Part shown: positions 25,847 through 38,864 of the stretch, piece after piece
Layout of the letters: every line of letters starts with the position of its first letter
Numbering within the stretch: the stretch's first letter is position 1
Source of the DNA: Leucoraja ocellata
Lineage: Eukaryota
Length of the DNA: 64,000 nt
Assembly: GCA_036785375.1 (NCBI GenBank)
Contig: JAWMAR010000475.1
Span: 62,001-126,000 of the forward strand
Reading direction: 5' to 3'
The notes under the pieces: generated by a model
Databases searched by the model: none
What the model saw: only the letters and a program-made list of their open reading frames with translations
Told to the model about the DNA's origin: nothing
Translations under genes and position numbers: made by a program

Positions 25847-26589
25847 CATCTGATTTAGCATTTATATGCGTAAGCAGCAGCTTTGGCTTAATGATTTCTT
25901 GAATGTTCTTTATGTTTTTTCAATTAAGCTGCATTGCCTTACAACTATTTGCTTAAATTACAGAACACGAGACGCTACTTCACCTTTAAAATAATAATTA
26001 ATAGAATATACTTGTATGGGCTATACACGGCCACTCCTCCAATCATGAAAACAAAACTGTATTTAGGAGTAGCATTCTCTATGATCTCTGTTAGCTGAAG
26101 TACTATAATTTTCCAATTGCCTCGTCTCTAATTAAACCTGAAATAACTTGCACTGGCAGAGCTTTGTTTAAGAACCTTAGGAGACTCTAAAACATTGTTG
26201 CCAGAATCTAATGGATTGTTGTGTATGCAAGGCAGTTGTCAATTTGTAAGAAACAAGGCATCAGAAACAGTAACAGGAAATATGACCTGATGAGGTATAG
26301 TTAATTGAACCAAAAAAGTACTCCCTTTAAACAATGCCATTGGGTCTTTTATGCATAAATACACAGTAGTAAGTCTTCATTTAACATCTCATTCAATAGA
26401 TGAGAACTAAAATTGCCCAGCACCCCCATTCCAGGACTGTACTGCAGCATCAACATGGCTTTTGCACTGATGTCATAGGATCAGATGTAATCCATTAATC
26501 TTGAATTTAAGAGGTAAAAATACTTTTCCTTATCTCAATATATATATTTATTCATTAAAAAATGTCTAAGTATCCGAACAAAATATTTC

Positions 26590-26822
26590 AGTCAACATTT
26601 CCACAACGTAAATCGAGTCTTGAGCCAGAGATTCCCAGGAGTGAGTGGGGATATTGAATTTCTTTAAGGAGACTGAATATATTCTTTGATCTTTTCCATT
26701 AACCATCTGCTAATCTCGCACTTCAGAACACAACAAAAAATCTTGTGTCATGCATGCAAACAATGCACCTGCCCAATGTGGATAACTCTGGGTGAGTAGG
26801 GCTTCAATACTGATGATGTCGG
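26590..26822 (-). mobile_element. Old RTE-clade LINE fragment
   Basis: The - strand reads SIEALLTQSYPHWAG, resembling the RTE SIEALL..QLRWAGHV motif. Confidence 0.45.
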
Positions 26823-28197
26823 TACGTTTCGGTTAGCTTATACTCTCCGTGAATTTGAAGCAATTTATGACTGGCATACAATCTTTGCTCCTTTGAAGAC
26901 GAGGGTATTTAAAGATCAAAACCTTAGTCCTTGCAATTGGGATGTATCGTGCAGCAGTTAACCATGCCCATCCATATGCTTCTGAGATTCGGATTTCCTC
27001 CAGCAGGCTCCTCCAAGGCACTAGAAAAATACCACCCATGCTTTCTCCACAGATAACCATATAACCATATAACAATTATAGCACGGAAACACTAGGAATA
27101 TAAATGTATTATGTTAAGATAATCAAAAAGGATGATGGAATGTTGAACTAAAACAAACTTTGAGATTGAGGGGTGGTGTATTGGTTTGTGCTGCTGCTTT
27201 GGCTCCAGAGACTGGGATTCCTTCAGGTGCCTCAGAATTGCTGGTTATATGAATTAATTAGAGAATCTGGGGAGTTAATGGAGATGCAAGAGGAGAAAAT
27301 GAAATACATATATTTGGTGTTTGAGGGTTGGTCAGCACAGAATGTAGCGGGTCCTTGGCTCTTTTCCCATATGGTATAATTCTATAAAAACTGCGACAAT
27401 TTAAATGTCAGAATTTAGAATATATTCCTAGTGTACATTTTAATGAACTATGATCAATCCATAAGAATTTTACAAAATAATTGATACAGTTAAGATCATT
27501 TTTGTCTCGCGGGTGTGGAATAAATAGGAATATAAGCTTGTAATCAGAGCCACACTAGTGAGTGCACCGTGCATACACATAACATGGCAGAACTGGCCAT
27601 AGTACGGGGAAAATGAATTGGAGTAAACCCTTGATGTAACAGATCGGGGGGGGGGGGGGGGGGGGGTGATGTTGCCCATTACTGCCAATTGATGGCTATA
27701 ACCTAGTAAGGTAATATTATTGTACTAGAAATCAAAAACAGCAGATGCTGGTTAATACACTAGAGGACACAAAGTGCTGGCGTAATTCAGCAGGTCAGGC
27801 AGCATCTTTGGAGAACATGAATAGCTGAGATTTTAGGTCGGGATCCTTTTTCAGACTGATTAAATCTGCTGAGTTACTCCAGCACTTTGTGTCGTTTCAA
27901 CTTAAAACTAGGCACCGATGCCACTGGTCTGCACCAGCAAGCTTTTCTCCACCAGCTGCCGCACCATCCAGTTGAAATGGCTGTTTTTGCGGCTCATGTT
28001 GTAGCCCCTGGGGCCAGCACTTTCTTCAGGCTGTCGCCACCGATAGTGCGCGCTGCCCCCCCCCCCCCCCCCCTCCTCAGCAGCTGTTGCTTCGTCCTGT
28101 TGGCCGTCACTCCTCCTGTCTGCTCCTCCACCGCCATCTCCTCCTTCTTCCGTCACTTTGTCCATTTCGTCACTCACCTCCTCCTCCAACCCCCAGT

Positions 28198-28478
28198 CTT
28201 AGTTTAGTTTACAGATACAGCGTGGAAACAGGCCCTTCAGCACACATTTACACTATCCTACACACACAAGGGACCATTTACAATTTTACCAAGCCAGTGA
28301 GCCGACAAACCTGTACGTCTTTGGAGTGTGGGAGGAAATCGGAGATGGCGGAGAAAATCCACGCAGGTCAAGGGGAGAATGTACAAGCTCCGTACAGATA
28401 AGCACCATAGTCAGGATCGATCCCAGGTCTCTGGCGCTGTAAGGCAGCAAATCGACTGCTGCGCCACCGTGCTGCCCC
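28198..28478 (-). mobile_element. tRNA-derived SINE inserted in a GC-rich foldback repeat
   Basis: GGTGGCGCAGCAG A box, GGATCGATCC B-box variant and (CTAAA)n tail. Confidence 0.85.
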
Positions 28479-29143
28479 AAAGTCACCGACATTTTCCAAG
28501 CTGGAGTATGTGGGCAACTCTGGGGGAGGAAGAGGAGGAGGTGGGGAGAGGTCGAGTGGACAAAGTAATGACCAACAGAAAGAAGTGACAGCTGGTGAGA
28601 GGGGAGGTAGCCCCATGGTGAACAAGTCCTGTTGATGGCAGCAGCACAACAAAAGTGCAATCACCAGGGGCTACAACGTGAGCTGCAACAACAGCCACTT
28701 CAACCTGACCGTGCCACAGCCGGCGAAAGAAGGCGAGCCAGGGGTGGTGTTAGCAGGTCAGTCCACGATAACCAAAATCCATTACAAGAGTTCTGTTAAA
28801 ATGAGGGTTTACTATATGATGCTGTTTGGAAACAAAAGGAACTGCAGATGCTGGAATCTTGAGCAAAACACAAAGTGCTGGAATAATTCAGCAGCTCAGG
28901 CAGCATCTATGGAGGAAAATGCACAAACAATGTTTCTGATCCTTTTCTTTAGACTAGGATACCGATCCAAAATGTCATCTGTCCATTCTCTCCACAGATG
29001 CTGCCTGGCCCGCTGAGTTACCACAGCACATTGAGTGTTAGTAACAAGCTAATGGTCGGCACCAGTCTGCCGCCCATCTCCTGACATGGGGAAGATGGTG
29101 TCACCTCTGGACGGGCCTGCGACGAGGCCTCCCGAGTTACCCA

Positions 29144-29355
29144 TGCATGAAGTTGTGATAATAACGACGTTGTTTTACTTCATATAAAGTTTATTGACTA
29201 CGGGGCATCCAGACTACATACAAAGCCCCTGCATCCAGCCTCGGTGCTGCCCGTCAGAACCTCCCCTGGGTGGCACACATGCGCCAGATACCTTCCTCCA
29301 GGAACGGTCTCTATGAACACTCAACATGGACTAGGAATACAGTGACTGATCTACA
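29144..29355 (-). repeat. Gypsy 3' LTR (212 bp) preceded by polypurine tract AAAGAAAAGAGGA
   Basis: TG...CA ends; PPT appears as TCCTCTTTTCTTT at about 29356-29368 on the + strand. Confidence 0.92.
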
Positions 29356-29416
29356 TCCTCTTTCTTTAGCTCATGCCCCTTAAAATAAAAGCAAACTTAC
29401 AAACATTTAATTATAA

Positions 29417-31614
29417 ATGAGATTTTTGATTGGAGAAAGGCTAACTTTGATGAGATGCGAAATGATTTAAAAGGAGTGAACTGGGACATTTTGTTTTATG
29501 GGGATGTAGAAGAGAAATGGAGGACATTTAAAGGGGAAATTTTAAGAGTACAGAATCTTTATGTTCCTGTTCGGTTGAAAGGAAACAGTACAAATTGGAA
29601 AGAGCCCTGGTTTTCAAGGGAAATTGGACATCTTGTTCGGAAAAAGAGGGAGATCTATAATAATTATAGGCAGCATGAAGTAAATTAGGTGCTTGAGGAG
29701 TATAAGGAATGTAAAAAGAATCTTAAGAAAGAAATTAGAAAAGCTAAAAGAAGATATGAGGTTGCTTTGGCAAGTAAGGTGAAAGTAAATCCAAAGGGTT
29801 TCTACAGCTATATTAATAGCAAAAGGATAACGAGGGATAAAATTGGTCCATTGGAGAGACAGAGTGGATAGCTATCTGCAGAGCCAAAAGAGATGGGGGA
29901 GATATTGAACAATTTATTTTCTTCGGTATTCACCAAGGAGAAGGATATTGAATTATGTGAGGTAAGGGAAACTAGTAGAGTAGCTCTGGATACTATGAGT
30001 TTCAAAGTAAAAGAAGTACTGACACTTTTGAAAAATATAAAAGTGGATCAGGTCCTGACAAGATATTCCCTAGGACATTGAGGGAAGTTAGTGTAGAAAT
30101 AGCCGGGGCTATGACAGAAATATTTCAAATGTCATTAGAAACGGGAATAGTCCCCGAGGATTGGCGTACTGCGCATGTTGTTCCATTGTTTAAAAAGGGT
30201 TCTAAGAGTAAACCTAGCAATTATAGACCTGTTAGTTTGACTTCATTGGTGGGCAAATTAATGGAAAAGATACTTAGAGATAATATATATAAGCATCTGG
30301 ATAAACAGGGTCTGATTAGGAACAGTCAACATGGATTTGTGCCTGAAAAGTCATGTTTGACTAATCTTCTTGAATTTTTTGAAGAGGTTACTAGGGAAAT
30401 TGACGAGGGTAAAGCAGTGATGTTGTTTATATGGACTTTAGTAAGGCCTTTGACAAGGTTCCTCGTGGAAGGTTGGTTAAGAAGGTTCAACAGTTGGGTA
30501 TAAATGCAGGAGTAGCAAGATGGATTCAACAGTGGCTGAATGGGAGAAGCCAGAGGGTAATGGTGGATGGTTGTTTGTCGGGTTGGAGGCAGGTGACTAG
30601 TGGGGTGCCTCAGGGATCGGTGTTGGGTCCTTTGTTGTTTGTCATGTACATCAATGATCTGGATGAAGGTGTGATAAATTGGATTAGTAAGTATGCAGAT
30701 GATACCAAGATAGGGGGTGTTGTGGATAATGAAGAGGATTTCCAAAGTCTACAGAGTGATTTAGGCCATTTGGAAGAATGGGCTGAAAGATGGCAGATAG
30801 AGTTTAATGCTGATAAATGTGAGGTGCTACACCTTGGCAGGACAATTCAAAATAGGACGTACATGGTAAATGGTAGGGAATTGAAGAATGCAGTTGAACA
30901 GAGGGATCTGGGAATAACCGTGCATAGTTCCTTGAAGGTGGAATCTCATGTAGACAGGGTGGTAAAGAAAGCTTTTGGTGTGCTAGCCTTTATAAATCAG
31001 AGCATTGAGTATAGAAGCTGGGATGTAATGTTAAAATTGTACAAGGCATTGGTGAGCAAATCTGGAGTATGGTGTTCAATTTTGGTCGCCCAATTATAGG
31101 AAGGATGTCAACAAAATAGAGAGAGTACAGAGGAGATTTACTAGAATGTTGCCTGGGTTTCAACAACTAAGTTACAGAGATAGGTTGAATAAGTTAGGTC
31201 TTTATTCTCTGGAGCGCAGAAGGTTAAGGGGGGACTTGATAGAGGTCTTTAAAATGATGAGAGGGATAGACAGAGTTGATGTGGACAAGCTTTTCCCTTT
31301 GAGAATAGGGAAGATTCAAACAAGAGGACATGACTTCAGAATTAAGGGACAGAAGTTTAGGGGTAACATGAGGGGAACTTCTTTACTCAGAGAGTGGTAG
31401 CGGTGTGGAATGAGCTTCCAGTGGAAGTGGTGGAGGCAGGTTCGTTGGTATCATTTAAAAATAAATTGGATAGGCATATGGATGAGAAGGGAATGGAGGG
31501 TTATGGTATGAGTGCAGGCAGGTGGGACTAAGGGAAAATAATTGTTCGGCACGGACTTGTAGGGCCGAGATGGCCTGTTTCCGTGCTGTAATTGTTATAT
31601 GGTTATATGGTTAT
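29417..31614 (+). mobile_element. CR1 LINE (RT half) nested in the Gypsy 3' region
   Basis: NYRPVSLTS, DFSKAFDKV, GVPQGSVLGP and KYADDTKIGG; (TTATATGG)n tail. Confidence 0.95.
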
Positions 31615-34246
31615 AACAATGCTTATACAAAATGAATAAAATTATATGCTAACTGATAACTATAGGGAGGCTATACAAAATGATCAATATAGTAAAGAAA
31701 AACATTCAGTCTTTGTATTTGGGATTTGGCTTGCTGCCTGTAAAACCCCTCTGTGGTGTTCAAAGGCGATCTAGCCACAGGCACAGACGCCTGGACCTGA
31801 GACTGCTCAATGTCCATTGTTTCTCATCCATCCCTTGTGATAGCGTTCTCATGTTCTGACCCCATTCCAATATCCTGGTAATCAGTGGTAACATTGCATG
31901 GATTTTGCTGTACATGGGCGGGCTCGCCTTCAGGCAAAATAAGTCTGCGATTCCGCCTGTATAGCTTTCCTTCTGAGCGAATAACGTAAGCCCTGGGTTC
32001 CTGGCGTATCTTCTTTACCACATGCCCGTTCGGTTGTTGCCTTGCGGGGTCTGTAACCGGACAACCTGTCCTTCCATCAAAGGCTGCTCAACTTGGTTGA
32101 TCATAACATGCTTTCTGTGACAGCCTTTTAGTGAGAAGCTGGGCGTGAACCTCCTGAGTTTTACGCATATGTGGTTCAAACAGTTTCCTCGAGACTGGGA
32201 GGGTAGTACGTGTTTGCCTTGACATTAGTCATTGTGGCGGAGATCCAAGCGTGGTATCATGTGGCACATTTCTAAGATTGAAGAGATTTATGAAAACATC
32301 TGATCTGTCTCTGTAAGATTTCTTCATGACTTGTTTAGTGCTGCAGACTGATCATTCAGCTAACCCATTAGATTGGGGATCCTCTGGGCTGCTGGTGACA
32401 TGAGTGAAGTCCCACTGTGTCGCAAAGTCTTTAAAGCGCTGGCTTGTGAACTGTCCAGCATTGTCTGATATGATGGTATGTGGTGCTCCATAAACTGTAA
32501 AGTGTCTCTTCAGTTTTAAAATGACACCTGCTGAAGTAGTATTGCGAAGCAGGTCGATCTCATACCAACCGGAATATGAGTCCACAAGCACCAAGTATTG
32601 TTGATTGTGCCATTCAAAAATTCCTGTTGCCACCATTGCCCACGGCAGTTCTGGAACTGGATGCAGCAGAAGTCGTTCTCTCTGCTGGTGTGACTTTGTG
32701 CTGTTACACACCGAGCAGGATTGTTCCTCCTGGTTGATATCCTCTGTCATTGTAGGTCAGAAAACAATGCCCCTTGCTCTTCTTATCATAGCTACTGCCC
32801 CAGGATGCCCTCTGTGCACGATGCTGACGTACTCCTTTTGTAGTGAGACCGGGATAACTGATTTGTGGCCCTTCGTGATGACCCCATCTTCAATGGTTAA
32901 TTCATCTATGAAAGGAAAATAAGGGCGAACAGCATGCGGAAGCATGCGTTGTTTGCTGGGCCATCCATGTTTGATGATAGTGGAAATGTGATTGACCATC
33001 ATGACATCAGAACTGTCTTGCTCAGCAGCATGCTGGGCTGTGGACCGCCTGGGAGCTCAAGACAGAGTGTCCGCCAGGAACATTTGTTTTCCACATTTGT
33101 AAATGAGGGTACTTCTGAGATCTTAACATCATCCTGGTGCTGCATGTATGGGCTTGTTCAGTATAGTGACCAGTGGTTGGTGGTCCGTTTCTATGGTCAC
33201 TGGCTTGCTATAGATGTAGTCATTGAACTTAGTACACACAAAAACCACCGCCACCAGCTCTTTTTCAATTTGAGCATATCTGATTTCAGGGTTCGTCATC
33301 GTCCGAGAAGCAAAGGCAACAGGCTTTCCTTCCTGCAAACATGCTGCACCAAGGCCATACTGTGAAGCATCACAAGTAAGTGTCACTGGCTGCTGACATC
33401 ATAGTAAGATAGAACAGGTGGGCAGGACATATGCCGCTTCAGTGCCTCGAAGTGTTGCTGCTGCTCATGCCACGTCCAAGAAGTGTCTTCGTGTGTGAGT
33501 TGTCGCAGAGGAGCCGACAGCTGACTGAAATTGTGAATAGATTTTTCCAAGGTAATTGACCATCCCCTGAAACCTTTGCAGAGCGGGGACATATGCTAGT
33601 GCTGGCATCTCACTGATTGCCGTTGTTTTGGAAGGGTTGACTTTGAGACTGTCACTTGTAAAAAATGTGACCTGGTTCAGCCGGAACTTGCACTTGAGAG
33701 GATTGAGCTTCAAGTGCACATCTCTGGCCCGATTGAGCACTTTTCTTAAATTAGCATCGTGTTCTTCAAAGTCTTTACCTGCAATTATGACCGTCGATGA
33801 TGATCGCGCAGGGATAACCTTCGAAAATCTGTTCCATGGCACGCTGGAACATCTCACTGGCAGAGTTGAGTCCGAATGGTATCCATAAGAACCTATATCG
33901 ACCAAAAGATGTGCTGAAAGTGGTTAGCATTGAAGACGTATAGTCAAGCGAAATCTGCCAGAAGGAGCTCTTAGCATCTAACACAGAAAATGGTGTTACG
34001 TTTGCCATGCATGCAGCCACTTCTTCCACGATGTGCATAGGGTGGTGTGGCCTTTTCAGAGCAGTGTTCAGGTCTCTTGGATTGATGCATATTCGGATTT
34101 CTTGTTTGTTCTTTTTGTTGGTGGCAACTGTAGATGACCCCCAATTGGTTGGCTCCGTCACAGGCATGATGACACCCAATACCTGCATTCTATCTAGCTC
34201 AGCTTTGACTCTGTCCTTCATAGCCACATGAATGCAATGTGCAGGA

Positions 34247-34970
34247 TCAGTTCACTTCAGTTCAGTTTTATTTGTCATTTGTAGGTTAACACAGGGTCAA
34301 CGGTACAATGAAATGTTTTTGACAAGACACCGGGTCACCTCAGCAATGATATTATAAGAATAAAATTAAGGTAAAAAAAATATAAGATAAGTGACATTGG
34401 TAGGTAAAAGACAACAGTAAGTAAAATAATCAACATACTGTATATGATGTGTTTATGAGTTCAGAAGTGATGGCATGATGATAAAAACTGTTCTTAAGTC
34501 TGGTGGTGCGTGCAGCCATACTCCTATACCGTCTGCCTGACGATAACAAGGAGAACAGTCTGCGTGCTGGGTGGTTGTGGTCCTTGATGACGCTGTGTGC
34601 CTTCCGCCGGCACCACCGGTGGAAAATGTCCTGAATGGCCGGGAGACAGTTGCCAGTGATGTGCTGTGCCGCCTTCACCACTCTCTGTAGTGATTTGCAG
34701 CTGTGGGCAGACAGTTCCTGTACCAGACCATGCAGCCCATCAGCAGATTCTCGATGATGCAACTGTAGAAGTTTGTGAGGATGTTGGCGTTCATGCCAAA
34801 CTTCCTCAGTCTTCTCAGGAAAAAGAGACGCCGGCGGGCTTTCTTTGTTATTGTGACCATGTGCAGTGTCCAGGAGAGGTCCTCAGTGACGTGCACACCA
34901 AGGAACTTGAAGCTGCTGACCCTATCAACCTCAGCATCACCGATGTGGATGGGGAGGTGACCACTCCCCT
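34247..34970 (-). mobile_element. Rex1/Babar LINE 3' fragment nested in Gypsy pol
   Basis: [27 protein letters not shown] and RRYRSMAARTTRLKNSF; (CTGAA)n tail. Confidence 0.88.
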
Positions 34971-36482
34971 GTTGAACAACAGGTCTCACATCCGGGTCCA
35001 GTGTCGTAAAATAGGTTACAGGCAGCTTTCCAAGCTCATCAATGAAGAGATCGCTGTATTCCATTAGAATTTGGTGTGATGGATTGTCTTTAGCGGGGTC
35101 AACTGGTGAACATCCTTGCTGAATGATATCAGCCCCAATTGCTTGCATGCGCATAGTAGTGGTAGAGCACTGTCATGGAATGACATAAAATGGTAGTGTG
35201 TATAACTGTCCCTCTAGGTAGCACTACAACTTTATCATACTGACAGGTTTGATCTTGGTGCCACCATACGCAATTAGGGTAGTGGCTTTACTGGATGCTT
35301 TCATTTGTTCGTCACCCTGTAGTTGCATAAATGTCTTTTGCGACAACACATTACACTTGATGCCTGTGTCTACTTTCATTTCAGCTGAAGTACCATTAAC
35401 CTGCACCGTGACCAAAGTTTCATCATTTTTTACTATCTGTGCATCAATTTAATTCATTTGCAGTGTTATTCCATCGACACAGACTAATTAATCAGCACTA
35501 CTGTCAGTTTGGTCTGGTTCTAGCTGGTGAACAGGTTGCTTAGGTTTCTGCCTGTTGTAGACTTGCTGTGTGGACTTGCAGCATCTCTTAAAATGATTCC
35601 GTTTTTTACAGGCATGGCACTGTTGACCAAAAGCTGGACATTTTTCTCTTTTAGCTGCATGACTACCTCCACAGTTGTTGCAATTGGCAATATACCGTGT
35701 TTCAGTCTTTTCTGACTGAATTTTCATCATTATCTCAGGCTTACATTCTCTCAAGAACAGCCTGAACTGCATCGATATTTGCGACAGATCGTTATGGAGA
35801 GGCTAGCGTTTTGTTATGCTCTTTTTAGTCATCTCATGAATTTGACAGATAGAAATAGTCTTAACCAATGTCAAATTACTATCACGCAGTAGCGCCTTCC
35901 TCAGATCATCATTATTGATACCACAGACCAGTCTATTTCTAATAAGCTCCTCACAGAGATCTCCAAATCTGCAGTTTTTTGCTTCTATCTTTAAAGCACT
36001 GACATATGATTCAATTGTCTCGCCAGCCTCTTGATTCGGTGTGTTGAACTTGTGCCGTTCCATAGTAAGATTGGTTTGAGGGCTGCATAGCACCCTGAAA
36101 TTTCTTCTTGAGGCATTCAGGATCCTCTTTTGATACAGCGGGGTTGAGGACATCTTCTCCTTCTCCCTCTGCAGGATGCCTCACCTCCTCCGCATAAACA
36201 AAAGACCTTTCACGTTCAATAGCCTCCGGCCCCACAAGATTGAGAAGAATGTATGCTTGAGTGCGGGGTGGCTTATCAGAGTGTGCTGCCGCGATGAAAA
36301 TGTCATATTCTTGCTCGAAGATGCGCCATCTCTCACCGATGTCGCCGTCGAAGATGAGTGGGTCCAGTCTCCGGAATGCATCTGCCATGTTTTTTTAGCA
36401 AGCAAGCTTTTCATTCTCTCTTGGAGAAAAAAACTCAAGAAACTCAAGTGGATGAAGATCCGGAATAACATTTCTGACACCA

Positions 36483-36697
36483 TGTATGAAGTTGTGATAA
36501 TAACGACAATTTGTTTAACTTCATATAAAGTTTATTGACCTCAAGGCATCCGGACTACAAACAAAGCCCCCCTGCATCCAGCTTCAGTGCTGCCCATCAG
36601 AACCTCCCCCGGGTGGCACCAATGCTCCAGATAACTTCCTCCAGGAAGGTCTCTACGAACACCCAACATGGACAAGGAATACTGTGACTGATCTACA
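36483..36697 (-). repeat. Gypsy 5' LTR (215 bp) followed by tRNA-Leu-type PBS TGGTGTCAGAA (36472-36482)
   Basis: Aligns by eye with 29144-29355. The PBS is complementary to the ...TTCTGACACCA 3' end of tRNA-Leu. Confidence 0.92.
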
Positions 36698-36977
36698 ACC
36701 CGCTGATTTGGTAACAAGGTGCTGCCCCTTGTTGGCAGGGAGAGCGGAGGAGGTGAGAGCCATGCTGCCTGGGCTCAGGCCCCTGACAACATCAGCCTCG
36801 CACACCCTGCAAACAAATACTGGGGCTGCAAACATTGCCTGGCCCCAGACAACGCCGGCCACACAGACCCTTCAGACCACACAGGGCACTAAACAACCCC
36901 CCAAGACAGCGTTGGGATGCCCAAACATGACACTGACTCCTAGACTATGCTAGGGCCCCAAACATCTCCCCCCACTC

Positions 36978-37304
36978 TCGGGTTGCCAACTGTCCTGTAT
37001 TAGCCAGGACATCCCATATTTTGGGCTAAATTGGCTTGTTCCATACGGGACCGCCCTTGTCCCACATTTGACTGCTACTATTTGGGTAGAGATGACTGTC
37101 AGGTCGGAATGCCACATCCAGCCCCGCCTCACCCGTCCTGACATAGTGCAGCAGCAGCGCCTCGCCCGTGGCCCCGTCAGTCGGCAGCCCGGCCAGCTGT
37201 CCGACCTTCGGACCTTCGCTTACCGCCGACACCACCACCCCTCCTTCTCATGGCCGATCATCGGTTCATGTGCCGGACTTTGCGTGAGAAAGTTGGCAAC
37301 CCTA
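36978..37304. mobile_element. hAT-superfamily MITE, 327 bp
   Basis: 14-bp TIRs T(A/C)GGGTTGCCAACT with one mismatch; perfect 8-bp TSD CCCCACTC at 36970-36977 and 37305-37312. Confidence 0.92.
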
Positions 37305-37844
37305 CCCCACTCGCAAGACAACGCGGGGGCTCTCAAACATTGCTCTGACCCCCAGACAACTCCTGGCCTCCCAGACCACGCCGGGACTCCAGCCTCCTCA
37401 TTAACCGAATGTCAACAGGCATCTTCCCTGTCTTTTTTTGTTCCCTGTTCAGCGCTGGTTTAAATGGTTGATAAATGGTTTAAAACTCAGACCAGCAAAG
37501 GGCCAATGTCAGGGTGCGTTCTTAATATTTTATCAAAAACAAACTAGCTATACTGTGGGGTGAAAGTGCTGGAGGAAGTCAGCAGGTCAGGCAGCATCTG
37601 TTGAGCAGAATGGACAGACAATGTTTCGAGTCGAGCTCTTATTTAGATTTTGTGGTTTGCTCGAGATTCCAGCATTTGCGGACTCCTGTGCCTACAGATA
37701 CTGGAAATCTGAATAAGACTCTGAAAATGATTGAATTACTCAGCAGGTCAAGCAGTAAATATAGCAAAAAAAATCAATTAACGTTTTAGAGAAAGGCAAG
37801 AGACACAAATGTTGAACAAAAACCAGGGGTCACAGTTAAAGAAT

Positions 37845-38152
37845 TCCGGAACAGGGGGTCACAGTTTAAGAATAAAGGGTAGGCCATTTTGGACTGAGAT
37901 GAGGAAAAACTTCTTCACCCAGAGAGTTGTGAATCTGTGGAATTCTCTGCCACAGAAGGCAGTGGAGACCAATTCACTGGATGTTTTCAAGAGAGTTAGA
38001 TTTAGCTCTTAGGGTTAAAGGAATCAAGGGATATGGGGAAAAATCAGGAATGGGGTACTGATTTTAGATGATCAGCTATGATCATATTGAATGACGGTGC
38101 TGGCTCGAAGGGCTGAATGGCCTGCTCCAGCACCAATTTTTCTATGTTTCTA
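37845..38152 (+). mobile_element. CR1 LINE 3' end
   Basis: GHSLRIKG..FFTQRVVNLWNSLP and a CR1 3' UTR. Confidence 0.85.
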
Positions 38153-38864
38153 AAAAAACAAGGTGCTCGAGGAATTTAGCAGGTCAGGCAGCATCCGTGA
38201 AGGACAATGTATCTGGTTGAGACACTTTGGTTCCCCCAGCAATTTGTTTTTTGCTCAGTTTATATAACAAATTGATGACCTATCACCAGTTCTGCAGCTA
38301 CTATCGTCTGAATACATTCTGCTGCAATGTTACGCTGTCCACGCAAACCTGGTCTGAAAATTGATCAAATTAGAGCAGACTGCATCCATAGCTGGGTCTC
38401 TAGAGGCTGATCCAGAGGTACTAGTTCTGAAATGTTCACCATTATAAAAGCACTTTGAACAGATGTAGATGGAAGACTTTTTACATTTCGATGATAATTG
38501 AATGCAGTAAACCCAGTTCAAGTAGTGTTAAAAAACTATCTATTTCATATATAAAACAAAGGAATGTTTTAATCTGTAATTTTAATGCAGTGCCAATAAT
38601 CAAGAAATGCCTCAAGTGCACCTGATATGTTCTTTAGTTCCATGAATTACCCCAGTGCCAAGCATCCTTCCAGAGGACGGTAAAACATCTTTCAAATGCA
38701 TTAAAAATAATTAAGATTAAGATTTTTTTAATTCAATTTTAAATTCAACTGCAATCCTTCTATTTTAGTTATGATTTAATTTCTATTTTTAGTGTTTTCC
38801 ACTGATAAACAAGCAACTCAAACTACAACAAACCTGAAAGTAAGTGAAGCATAATCAAGAAAAG

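Larger units (their letters stand above)
29144..36697 (-). mobile_element. Full-length but decayed Gypsy/Ty3 LTR retrotransposon (Mag-like) with nested CR1 and Rex1
   Basis: Two TG...CA LTRs, PBS, PPT and near-perfect 5-bp TSD ACCCA/ACCCG. Gag with a double zinc knuckle (35488-36388), protease VDTG (35224-35415), RT (33465-34227), RNase H CDASQYGLG (33129-33386) and integrase (32352-33002), all frameshifted. Confidence 0.95.

Noticed and set aside
27053-27091. Isolated (ATAACCAT)n-ACAATTATAGCACGGAAAC
   Set aside because: It is the extreme 3' tip of the same CR1 family on the - strand, an ordinary severe 5' truncation.
27645-27666. Poly-G run (also poly-C/G at about 19130, 25230 and 28056)
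   Set aside because: Simple homopolymers, common in such assemblies and error-prone; nothing supports a function.
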